From: Thermodesulfobacteriota bacterium
Lineage (GTDB): Bacteria; Desulfobacterota; Binatia; Bin18
Length of the DNA stretch: 64,000 nt
Assembly (NCBI GenBank): GCA_964291405.2
Contig: OZ219926.1
Location: forward strand, 288,001 to 352,000
Reading direction: 5' to 3'
Shown here: positions 32,805 through 40,546 of the stretch, one piece after another
How the letters are laid out: each line of letters begins with the position of its first letter
Numbering within the stretch: the stretch's first letter is position 1
Notes under the pieces: model-generated
The model's input: only the letters and a program-made list of their open reading frames with translations
What the model was told of the DNA's origin: nothing
Databases searched by the model: none
Position numbers and translations under genes: made by a program

Positions 32805-34274
32805 CTACTCCAACCGATAATTGGGCGCTTCTTTTGTGATAATCACGTCGTGGACGTGGTTTTCTCGCAACCCGGCCGGAGAGACACGGACAAATCGAAC
32901 CTTGGTTCTGAGCTCCTCCAGATTCCGGCAGCCGGTATACCCCATACCGGCCTTCAGACCGCCAACCAACTGATCGACGACGACCGATAGTGGCCCCTTG
33001 TACGGCACACGGCCTTCAATCCCCTCGGGCACCAGCTTGCCCGCGCTTTCCTCCGCGTCTTGAAAATACCGGTTCCGGCTCCCTTCCCGCTCGCGCATAG
33101 CCTCAAGCGAGCCCATGCCTCGGTATTGTTTATACGAACGGCCTTGATACAGAATGGTCTCGCCTGGGCTTTCTTCCGTACCAGCGAAGAGGCTACCGAT
33201 CATCACCGCCTGCGCACCGGCGGCTAAGGCTTTCACGATATCGGCGGAAAAACGAATCCCACCGTCAGAAATCACCGGGACTCCGGCTCGTTCGGCAATC
33301 CGGACCGTGTCGACCACTGCTGTCAGCTGCGGCACCCCAACCCCCGAGACCATACGCGTGGTACAGATGGACGCGGGCCCGATGCCGACTTTAATGCCGT
33401 CCGCACCGGCCTCGATCAGCGCTTGCGCGCCCTCGGCAGTGGCGACATTGCCCGCCACGACCTCCAGACCTCTGAAATTCTGTTTCAGAGATCGAAGTGT
33501 CTCAACAACGCTGGTTGTGTGCCCGTGAGCCGTATCAAGGACAACCACATCTGCACCCGCTTCAACCACGGCTTCCGTCCGCGCCTCCCGATCATCGCCT
33601 GTGCCAATAGCAGCCGCCACCCGCAGCCGCCCGTACTCATCCTTGCACGCATGTGGATGCTGGCTCGTCTTCTCAATATCTTTCACGGTGATGAGCCCCT
33701 TGAGATGCATGGCCTCATCAACAACCAGCAATTTTTCAATCCGATGCGTATGAAGAATGTCTTCCGCTTCTTCGCGGCTGATCCCCGGCCAGGCAGTCAC
33801 GAGGTTGTCTTTGGTCATCACTTCCGAGACCAGACGGTCCAGCCGTTTTTCAAAACGGAGATCACGGTTGGTTAAAATACCAACCAGTTTGTCATCTTTG
33901 ATGACTGGTAGCCCGGATATATGAGAGCGATCCATGATCTCCCGCGCCTGGGCGATGGTCGTGTCAGGAGCAATGGTAATAGGATCGATAATGACGCCAC
34001 TCTCATGCTTTTTGACCGTGGCGACCTCGGCGGCCTGGGCTGGAATACCCAGATTGCGATGGATCACTCCGATACCGCCCGCCTGAGCCATGGCAATGGC
34101 GGTCCGCGCCTCAGTCACCGTATCCATAGCTGCGCTCACCAACGGCGTATTCAGGCGAATCGCTCGCGTGACATAGGTCGAGACATCCGCGTCTTTGGGC
34201 AAAAAATCAGATTTATCAGGCAAGAGGAGGATGTCATCAAAGGTGAGACCTTCGGGGATTTCTGCGGGCAGCAT
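32805..34274 (-). CDS. guaB: IMP dehydrogenase with CBS pair
   Basis: [31 protein letters not shown] and VPEGIEG. ATG 34274 is best spaced from RBS GAGGA. Confidence 0.98.
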   Translation of the reverse strand: MLPAEIPEGLTFDDILLLPDKSDFLPKDADVSTYVTRAIRLNTPLVSAAMDTVTEARTAIAMAQAGGIGVIHRNLGIPAQAAEVATVKKHESGVIIDPITIAPDTTIAQAREIMDRSHISGLPVIKDDKLVGILTNRDLRFEKRLDRLVSEVMTKDNLVTAWPGISREEAEDILHTHRIEKLLVVDEAMHLKGLITVKDIEKTSQHPHACKDEYGRLRVAAAIGTGDDREARTEAVVEAGADVVVLDTAHGHTTSVVETLRSLKQNFRGLEVVAGNVATAEGAQALIEAGADGIKVGIGPASICTTRMVSGVGVPQLTAVVDTVRIAERAGVPVISDGGIRFSADIVKALAAGAQAVMIGSLFAGTEESPGETILYQGRSYKQYRGMGSLEAMREREGSRNRYFQDAEESAGKLVPEGIEGRVPYKGPLSVVVDQLVGGLKAGMGYTGCRNLEELRTKVRFVRVSPAGLRENHVHDVIITKEAPNYRLE

Positions 34275-34300
34275 AGGCATATTCCTCAGCTCATAGTTGC

Positions 34301-34335
34301 AAAAAAGCCCATCTCGTCTACGGATGAGATGGGCT
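34301..34335 (-). terminator. Intrinsic terminator inside the guaB leader
   Basis: Minus strand AGCCCAUCUC-AUCCGUAGAC-GAGAUGGGCU-UUUUU: a perfect 10-bp stem with U-tract, ending about 25 nt before the guaB start. Confidence 0.9.
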
Positions 34336-34350
34336 CCATTTCGTGTCGTG

Positions 34351-34371
34351 TCAGACAGTCGTTGCTACCAT
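34351..34371 (-). CDS. Putative leader peptide MVATTV (uORF) upstream of guaB
   Basis: Strong RBS UAAGGAG, then ATG GTA GCA ACG ACT GTC TGA, ending 15 nt before the terminator stem. Confidence 0.6.
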   Translation of the reverse strand: MVATTV

Positions 34372-34387
34372 GCCTCTCCTTATCAAA

Positions 34388-34440
34388 CCCCTACCCCTTT
34401 CGCAAGCCAGAGCCTGAGGCACAATATATAGGGGTGTCAA
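34388..34440 (-). promoter_or_regulatory. guaB promoter (TTGACA -35) overlapped by an NrdR box, with a degenerate second box 31 bp away
   Basis: TTGACA at 34440-34435. GCACAATATATAGGGG (34419-34434) matches the NrdR consensus aCaCwAtATaTwGtGt; weak partner CCCCTACCCCTTTCGC at 34388-34403. Confidence 0.7.
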
Positions 34441-34452
34441 CGTCTTTTCAAA

Positions 34453-34836
34453 CTAGGCAATCTCTTTCATTTTCTGATAGGTTGCGTGGTCCATCCAGCC
34501 CGAGACCTTACGCGGATTCGTTTCCACCTCAACGTCGTCCAGGACTTGGGTCTGACAGGCCAAGCGGTAGGATTTCCCTTCCCAGGCGACGTGCTTCTCT
34601 TCTTTGACACTCAACGGTGAGAGTGCTCTATGGTCGTTCACTTTCACCCGACACGTCCCACAAAACCCTTTGCCCCGACAATTGAGCAATTTTGCAGGAA
34701 ACGGCATTCCAGTAAATGGATCGGGACCAAAGAGTGGATACAGGTCTATCTTATTTTCTAGGGCGACCTCACGCAGGTTCGATCCTTTGGCCACTTCAAT
34801 TGTCAATTCCTGCTTGATAAACGTTACTAACGGCAT
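34453..34836 (-). CDS. 2Fe-2S ferredoxin-like protein
   Basis: G.NLR..A, CRGKGFCGTC and RLACQ; RBS AGGAGG. Confidence 0.88.
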   Translation of the reverse strand: MPLVTFIKQELTIEVAKGSNLREVALENKIDLYPLFGPDPFTGMPFPAKLLNCRGKGFCGTCRVKVNDHRALSPLSVKEEKHVAWEGKSYRLACQTQVLDDVEVETNPRKVSGWMDHATYQKMKEIA

Positions 34837-34911
34837 GCGCTTGCAGCCTCCTTCACCCTCGTGTTAGGCAGTTGTTTATCTGGTCTGACCACACAAATCC
34901 AGAGGTGGGGC

Positions 34912-35124
34912 ATGTACGTTGATGTGAGTTGCAGAAAATGTGGACAGCAAAAACGGATGGACATTGGCGCTCCCCGCAATGATGCCCTTGAAGATCATCT
35001 GCACTACTTGAAAGAACGCCTCACCCACCAGCCCAGCTTCCAGTGTTTTGGCGGCCATTTTGAGCTGTCCGCTCCGCTGCCTGACTTTTGGGACATTCAC
35101 TGGGAAACGCTCGGAGAAACCTAG
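34912..35124 (+). CDS. Small hypothetical protein with CxxC...CxxxH putative zinc ribbon
   Basis: RBS GAGGTG, then MYVDVSCRKCG...FQCFGGH; 70 aa. Confidence 0.7.
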   Translation: MYVDVSCRKCGQQKRMDIGAPRNDALEDHLHYLKERLTHQPSFQCFGGHFELSAPLPDFWDIHWETLGET

Positions 35125-35166
35125 AAACAGTCGACCTGACTCAATACAACCGGCATTGGAGCATAT

Positions 35167-35664
35167 ATGGCACAGCAACCGGAACAAAGTGGAGAATTCT
35201 TCACTGAAACCACCACGCCGCAAGCCTCGCAGGAAGTCAAGCGGTGGCATCAAGACCCTGACTATCTCCCCCCGTTTAGCATTATCCGCTGGCGTGTCAT
35301 TGATGAGGTGTGGAACGGACAAAGCGCCATCGATGCGGTTGTCCTGGTTGAAGTGAAAAAACAACACGATTTTGGCGCGGCACAAGGGGTGGGAGGCGTC
35401 CATGCGTTGGACCAAGCCCTCCGCCAGGTCCTGACAAAGCACTTCCCCTTTCTCGAGGGTGTGGACCTCGTTGAATTGTATACCCACCGTGGCGGTGCCG
35501 GGACGGCAGCGGAGGTTGTGTCCATCATGAAGTTCGGCGATGGCAGACGGCAGTGGAGTACCATGCGTCAATCACGGGACTTACTCGAATCAGCCTGGCT
35601 GGCCCTGATTGACGGCTACGAGTGGATTATTGTGAAATCTCGTCAGAAAAAGATGTCGCAATAA
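35167..35664 (+). CDS. Stand-alone LeuA/CimA-type allosteric (regulatory) domain protein
   Basis: AQGVGGVHALDQALRQVL...FP.L..V.L.E...GTAAEV...W.T...S.DLLESAW.ALIDGYE resembles the C-terminal domain of citramalate/isopropylmalate synthases; no catalytic barrel; RBS GGAG. Confidence 0.8.
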   Translation: MAQQPEQSGEFFTETTTPQASQEVKRWHQDPDYLPPFSIIRWRVIDEVWNGQSAIDAVVLVEVKKQHDFGAAQGVGGVHALDQALRQVLTKHFPFLEGVDLVELYTHRGGAGTAAEVVSIMKFGDGRRQWSTMRQSRDLLESAWLALIDGYEWIIVKSRQKKMSQ

Positions 35665-35690
35665 AAGAAGGGAAAGGAGGAGAAAGCGAG

Positions 35691-36044
35691 ATGCCAAAGG
35701 CTCGCCTGGACTGGCAGTATCATCGCCCGAGTTGAGTGACCTGCAAAAAAGCGCAAGAGTTTCTTGTGCAGAAAGAGGTGACCGCCGCCAGCGTTGTGAA
35801 TGCGCGCAAAGAACAATTTGATCGCGTTCGGACACTGGAATTGCTGCAACCACTCAGCGAAGTCGTTGCCGTGAAAGGCAAGAAAATTCTTCGTTTTTCT
35901 CTGAAAAAAGACCAGCCACCACCGGACGCCTTGCTTTCGGCCGTCATTGGCCCTTCAGGTAATCTGCGTGCCCCAGCCATACGCGCAGACAAGCTGCTTG
36001 TGGTCGGCTTTCATCCTGCCGTCTATGGTGAGCTTTTTGCATAG
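35691..36044 (+). CDS. ArsC/Spx-family thioredoxin-fold selenoprotein (UxxC), Sec at codon 15
   Basis: RBS AGGAGG, then MPKARLDWQYHRPS-TGA(35733-35735)-VTCKKAQEFL in frame with the 35736 ORF; C-terminal GPSGNLRAP...VGF motif. Confidence 0.88.
35751..35769 (+). promoter_or_regulatory. Putative bacterial SECIS hairpin
   Basis: GCGCAAGA-GUU-UCUUGUGC: 8-bp stem starting 15 nt after the UGA, with G first in the apical loop. Confidence 0.65.
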
Positions 36045-36089
36045 CGGCATACCCACGGATATGGAATGGGTGCCGCTCCTCGACCCGCT

Positions 36090-36764
36090 CTATACCGGTC
36101 GTTTCAACGACGTCCCCCACTGATCCACACAGGTGACCTCCTCAACTCCCATCCGGCGTACGGGACCAAATTTGCCCATGGGATAGCCGACCGGGAGGAG
36201 GGCATAGGTCGAGATGTTATCCGGCAGATTGAGAACAGGCCGCAGTTCTTCCTCGTGCAGCGAACAGACCGTGGTGAGCGTGGTCCCGAGCCCCAAGGCA
36301 CGACAGGCCAGCAGCATATTCTGTACCGCAGGATAAATGCTCGACCCTGACAGACGGGCCAGCTTGGCCGCTAATTGCGCGCCAGCCTCACCCGGCGGCA
36401 TCGGTCGTTCTTTGAGACAGGCGAAAATAAGGACAGGCACTTCAGCCAGATTGTCGGCCAAGTAGCTTGCGGCGTCCAACAATCTTCTGAATTTTCCTTC
36501 TTCCATATGGCTCGGTCCCGGCCGACCATCATAAATGGTCCGCGCTTGTTCCCAGCCTTTTTGATAAATGTGTTGGACCTTTCGTTTGACTTCAGCATCT
36601 TTCACGACGAGAAAGCGCCAGTGCTGGGTATTGCCACCACTGGCAGCCCGGATACCAGCGTCAAGGATTTGATAAATAATGTCGTCTGAGACCGGGTCGG
36701 TTTTCAGCCGACGCATACTCCGGGTCGAAAACATGATGTCGAACAATTCCGCTTCTACTGCCAT
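36090..36764 (-). CDS. Nitroreductase family protein
   Basis: TRSMRRLK.DPV, AASGGNTQHWRF, SIYPAVQNMLLACRALGLG and PVGYP. Confidence 0.9.
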   Translation of the reverse strand: MAVEAELFDIMFSTRSMRRLKTDPVSDDIIYQILDAGIRAASGGNTQHWRFLVVKDAEVKRKVQHIYQKGWEQARTIYDGRPGPSHMEEGKFRRLLDAASYLADNLAEVPVLIFACLKERPMPPGEAGAQLAAKLARLSGSSIYPAVQNMLLACRALGLGTTLTTVCSLHEEELRPVLNLPDNISTYALLPVGYPMGKFGPVRRMGVEEVTCVDQWGTSLKRPV

Positions 36765-36982
36765 GAACCGCCTCCTTACTAACGCCTCGATGCGTGTGCA
36801 TGTTCTCCTGCATCCCCTTGTCGGAATTCCTCAGCACGGCTAGAGTGACCGGCCAGAATTTTATTGTCCACGACAAAATCAAAGAGATGAAGAATGCAGG
36901 TGCATTGTGCGTGTCTGCCCGCCCTGTGTCAAATGGAACACCGCGGTCTTCTCAGGCTGACACGATAAGGAGTAAGCAGGTT

Positions 36983-37930
36983 ATGGATGGGCTTCGAAAC
37001 CGGCAACAATCACATACAGGCAGAGGCGTACTCCTGGTGGTCGCCTTCATCTTGACCGGCTGTGGAGGTTCGGCGCCGAGCCTGACAGGAGAGGAGATTC
37101 AAGCCAGAAATCCAAAGCATACCTATGTGGAAATTGACGGTGTTGCGCTGCATTACCAGCAAACCGGCCTGGGCCGGCCGCTTATTTTCATCCACGGCCT
37201 GCTCGAAGACTACCGTATCTGGCGGCATGTCACCCCAGGGCTGACCTATGGCAACACAGTCTATGAGCTGGACTTGATGGGCTTTGGCCTGTCTGAGAAA
37301 CCGCAAGACAAAACCTACGATCTGGATACCTATCTGTCGCAACTCACGACGTATATTGAGAATTTTCACCTAGAAAACATTATTCTTGCGGGACATGACT
37401 TCGGGGCGGTCATCGCGGCAGCCTATGCCCTCCAGAGCCCGACCAACGTCCATAAACTGATTCTGATGAGTGCCCCAATCTCGGCGCACGAAAGCCTGCC
37501 GCTCAATATACGCCTGCTCGGGGTTCCCCTGATCGGCAGCCTGCTGAGCGGAGACTGGTTTCTCAAGCGCATCCTTCAGGAGGGGGTGTTTGACAAGCAA
37601 GTTATGAGCGACGCCATGGTCAAGCAGTATCTTGAGCCCTTCGAGGATGACCCTGGGGCTCGCGCGGCTCTGCATAAATTTCTCCGCGAGTTTGATCTCG
37701 ACCGCGTCGTTGAAGAGGATATTCTTCCCAATCTGAGTGCTCTCACCATGCCCACCTTGCTCCTCTACGGCGGCCAGGATCAATTTACCTCCATGGATGT
37801 TGCGCGCGAGCTTGATGTGGCCATTCCAGGTGCGGATTTACAAGTCGTCACCCGCAGCGGACACTACATCCTTGAAGACCGTCCGGAAGATGTCCGTCAG
37901 CAAATCAAAGAATGGATTGACAAAGATTAG
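36983..37930 (+). CDS. Alpha/beta hydrolase lipoprotein with Asp nucleophile (epoxide hydrolase / dehalogenase type)
   Basis: Lipobox LTGC, FIHG, DLMGFGLS, GHDFG, G..D and SGHY..ED.P. Confidence 0.82.
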   Translation: MDGLRNRQQSHTGRGVLLVVAFILTGCGGSAPSLTGEEIQARNPKHTYVEIDGVALHYQQTGLGRPLIFIHGLLEDYRIWRHVTPGLTYGNTVYELDLMGFGLSEKPQDKTYDLDTYLSQLTTYIENFHLENIILAGHDFGAVIAAAYALQSPTNVHKLILMSAPISAHESLPLNIRLLGVPLIGSLLSGDWFLKRILQEGVFDKQVMSDAMVKQYLEPFEDDPGARAALHKFLREFDLDRVVEEDILPNLSALTMPTLLLYGGQDQFTSMDVARELDVAIPGADLQVVTRSGHYILEDRPEDVRQQIKEWIDKD

Positions 37931-37950
37931 AGAGAGAGTCCAAAGACCAA

Positions 37951-37980
37951 TTGACAATGTGGACCTTACCAGTCTAGCTT
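37951..37980 (+). promoter_or_regulatory. Sigma70-type promoter of the sufT-like gene
   Basis: TTGACA-18 bp-TAGCTT, about 45 bp before the RBS AAGGAG and ATG. Confidence 0.55.
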
Positions 37981-38025
37981 GGAAGACAGAAAAGAAGATT
38001 CAGTATCCGCTGAAGGAGTAAGACC

Positions 38026-38578
38026 ATGAGCTACGAAGAAATTGAATTCAGCCGGCACTGTGATGCTATCCAAATCCCCCAAGGCATCAAGGTGACTATT
38101 CCCAAAGGCACGCCCGGCGTCATCACTCAGGCATTGGGCGATACCTATACTCTCCAGCTTGCCAACGCTAGGAGGTCTCTACCGCGTCTCCGACACGGAC
38201 GCGGACGCTATTGGAAAAGAAAGTAAGGGACCTGCCCCAGCCGTCACTGCAGGTGCGGGTGGCAACGTTACTGAGGATCAAGTCTGGACGCAACTCAAGA
38301 ATGTCTACGACCCGGAAATCCCGGTGAATATCGTTGATCTCGGTCTGGTGTACGACCTCAGCGTGAAAGACCGGCCGGAAGGTGGGACCGACGTTGATGT
38401 CAAAATGACCCTGACCGCTCAGGGCTGCGGCATGGGACCGGCTATTGCGATGGACGCCCAGATGCGGATTGAAGGCATCCCTGGGGTTGAAGATGCCAAC
38501 GTCGAGGTGGTGTGGGACCCACCCTGGACACCGGCCATGATTTCACCCGAAGGCAAAGAAAAACTCGGTCTTGATTAG
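38026..38578 (+). CDS. sufT: Fe-S cluster assembly protein SufT (DUF59), split by one extra base at 38158-38160
   Basis: N-part R.C.AIQIP.G...ITQALG.TYT joins in the +1 frame to GLYRV...[33 protein letters not shown] and WDPPW. Confidence 0.88.
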
Positions 38579-38696
38579 ACACCAACGGGGTGGTCAGACA
38601 GGCTGCCCTGCCTCCACGTTCAGCCATTTTCCTCACTTCGACTGAAACGCAATCCGTCCACCGTAGTAATATTACTCGATGCCGACGGCGATTCGA

Positions 38697-39531
38697 ATCA
38701 AATGCGCCCCCTATTATTTTATTGGAGATAAAAGCTTAGGGGTTGTAACTATTTTTCTTATGCCGTGAGCATGATCCTCTTTAAATGGATTTTTCTCACA
38801 CCATTCATGTAAAGAGTTAATATTTAATAGCTGACAGCTTTGACTAACATTCCAGGTCACTTGGAGAGGAGAACATGTTTGTTCAGTATACTTTGGCCCT
38901 GTGGTGGAGCCTAAAAACTCTAGAGCGTCACTACGGTCGGGTAGCTGTTTAACTTGATGAAATCCATCTTTAGAAGTAGTCACTGTATAGCGAGAAAAAC
39001 TTGGTGCTTCGTTGTCATTAACTAATAAAAACACCTTGGTCTCAACTCTTAGCTGTGGATTTGCACATGATTCTGAAGAACATGCCTGAAGGCCTTCTCC
39101 TGGTTTAACATCACAGCTTGAGTATACCCAGTGAATTTCTATGGTATCCCCGGGTACAACGTTTTTACAGAATTGATTAGATGCAGGAGCCTCTAGCTGT
39201 GAAGAGGTCAAGGATTGAGTTTCGTTACATTTCCACCCCCCAGCACCATTTCTCTCCGCTGGTAGTGAAAAACCAGATGCTTTGTGTTCAGCATGTTTAT
39301 GAAAGTGGATGTTACACAAATTTAACTGCTTATGGTTGGGAGAAAGGTTAAATTTGACTGGATTTTTGCCTTCTCTTTCAGTTAAATCCCGTGGCGTTTG
39401 TGGACCAAAGTTTTGGCAAATTTCAGCATTTAATACGCCTGAGAATAGCACTGAAAAAATAGTTAATACGGATAGCTTATACATACAGTAATTCCTTTTA
39501 TTTAATTTCTAGTGAGGCAAATGCATTTGAT
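38697..39531. repeat. 9-bp inverted repeat ATCAAATGC / GCATTTGAT bounding the AT-rich segment
   Basis: ATCAAATGC at 38697-38705 and GCATTTGAT at 39523-39531, at the compositional boundaries. Confidence 0.5.
38714..39484 (-). CDS. Secreted delta-class carbonic anhydrase-like protein; AT-rich, probably horizontally acquired
   Basis: GPQTPRD, NLCNIHFH..AEHK, PGDTIEIHWVYSSC, CANPQLRVE, GSTTGP, CSPLQVTW and EDHAHGIR; signal peptide; visibly lower GC than the flanks. Confidence 0.85.
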   Translation of the reverse strand: MYKLSVLTIFSVLFSGVLNAEICQNFGPQTPRDLTEREGKNPVKFNLSPNHKQLNLCNIHFHKHAEHKASGFSLPAERNGAGGWKCNETQSLTSSQLEAPASNQFCKNVVPGDTIEIHWVYSSCDVKPGEGLQACSSESCANPQLRVETKVFLLVNDNEAPSFSRYTVTTSKDGFHQVKQLPDRSDALEFLGSTTGPKYTEQTCSPLQVTWNVSQSCQLLNINSLHEWCEKNPFKEDHAHGIRKIVTTPKLLSPIK

Positions 39532-39628
39532 GCTGGAGTAGAATGGACCGGCGACTTTCGTCTCGTTGCAGGAGAATTGGCAACACGCTGTAAGAACTTG
39601 CTGCGAGTTTTATACACTCATTGTACTC

Positions 39629-40153
39629 TTATGTATCCTGTCCTTTCCATTTGGGCTGAAAGTCTTCCCTGCCCATGAGCTTCCGGTACGCCTCGGGTGG
39701 CGGACAGTCCGTGAGCGCCACCTGAAAGAAACTCCCGCCTCCGTCCGCTCGCAAGACACTGACAACAATCTCTTCACGCGGATTATACGTCCTCAACAGG
39801 CGTATCGCGTCTTTTTTCTGTGCGGTTTGTGACAGCGCGGCAATCCGCCCCTCTGGCAGGTAGCCGAGTTGAACTTCTCTCCGCGCGGTCTCCTTCTCTG
39901 TAGACGCACCCTCGTTCACAGCTTCGTTGATGTCCTGGTCGGCCTCATCTGGCCACTGCCGGGCGTCCATGAGCACAAGGCCACGGCCATAACGCAATAG
40001 CCCGCTCCAACTCAACGCGCCGAACTTCTGCCGGTTCTCCCAGATAAAGCGTTCATAGGGGTCCTTGAGGTCTGGAACGTTCCGCTCTGTCGCGTCGGAG
40101 GGATCGACTGTCGGTTTGCTGACGTCAGCTTGAGATTCGTCTTGTTCGCTCAT
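39629..40153 (-). CDS. Hypothetical protein resembling cyanobacterial CcmS-related proteins
   Basis: RFIWENRQKFGALSW...YLPEGRIAAL...LLRTYNPREEIVV...PPPEAY recalls the CcmS pattern; recognised from memory only. Confidence 0.55.
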   Translation of the reverse strand: MSEQDESQADVSKPTVDPSDATERNVPDLKDPYERFIWENRQKFGALSWSGLLRYGRGLVLMDARQWPDEADQDINEAVNEGASTEKETARREVQLGYLPEGRIAALSQTAQKKDAIRLLRTYNPREEIVVSVLRADGGGSFFQVALTDCPPPEAYRKLMGREDFQPKWKGQDT

Positions 40154-40183
40154 ACAACGCCGAAGCCTGTAGCCGGGAACCGC

Positions 40184-40414
40184 TCAGTCTTCAATAATAG
40201 CGCTCAACGACGTCCGCCAGCCGGACATGGCAAAGCGTTGCTCCAGGCCGTACCGCTTGATTTCGTCGAGTCCGGGCATACGCGTGACCTTCCAGCCCTC
40301 GCATTTCGCCGAGCTACACGGACAGGGGTCCGTCATTGCGTCGAGCAGCGCCGTCGGCATATCCAACCCTTTTGCCAAACGGGCGACAAATTCTTCTTTT
40401 GAAATATGAGCCAT
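40184..40414 (-). CDS. Small hypothetical protein with CPCxxxxCxGW motif
   Basis: Co-directional and tightly packed between its neighbours; DPCPCSSAKCEGW. Confidence 0.65.
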   Translation of the reverse strand: MAHISKEEFVARLAKGLDMPTALLDAMTDPCPCSSAKCEGWKVTRMPGLDEIKRYGLEQRFAMSGWRTSLSAIIED

Positions 40415-40422
40415 ATCCAACG

Positions 40423-40536
40423 CTAGGCGTTTCTCTTTCCTTCTGAAACCGCAATCACAATAACGGCGATGATCACGCCGAGGGCCGCGCCAACAAGAAT
40501 CGGACTGTCTGAAAAGAACTCATACAGCGCGCCCAT
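40423..40536 (-). CDS. 37-aa single-TM small protein (not in ORF track)
   Basis: RBS GGTGGAG, then MGALYEFFSDSPILVGAALGVIIAVIVIAVSEGKRNA-TAG; exactly fills the gap between two genes. Confidence 0.75.
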   Translation of the reverse strand: MGALYEFFSDSPILVGAALGVIIAVIVIAVSEGKRNA

Positions 40537-40546
40537 GGTACTCCAC

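Noticed and set aside
34281-34410. Purine, ZMP or ykkC-type riboswitch before guaB
   Set aside because: No recognisable aptamer consensus by eye; the uORF-terminator model fits better. An Rfam scan is still needed.
34876-35571. 231-aa minus-strand ORF
   Set aside because: Opposite two plus-strand genes that have RBSs and recognisable motifs.
38580-38713. tRNA fragment (TTCGAATC) or integron attC site next to the carbonic anhydrase
   Set aside because: No T-stem/acceptor/CCA context, no RYYYAAC...GTTRRRY pair, and no integrase nearby.
39545-39575. GAC-GAAA-GUC hairpin on the minus strand as a hammerhead ribozyme
   Set aside because: CUGANGA and GAAA core nucleotides are absent.
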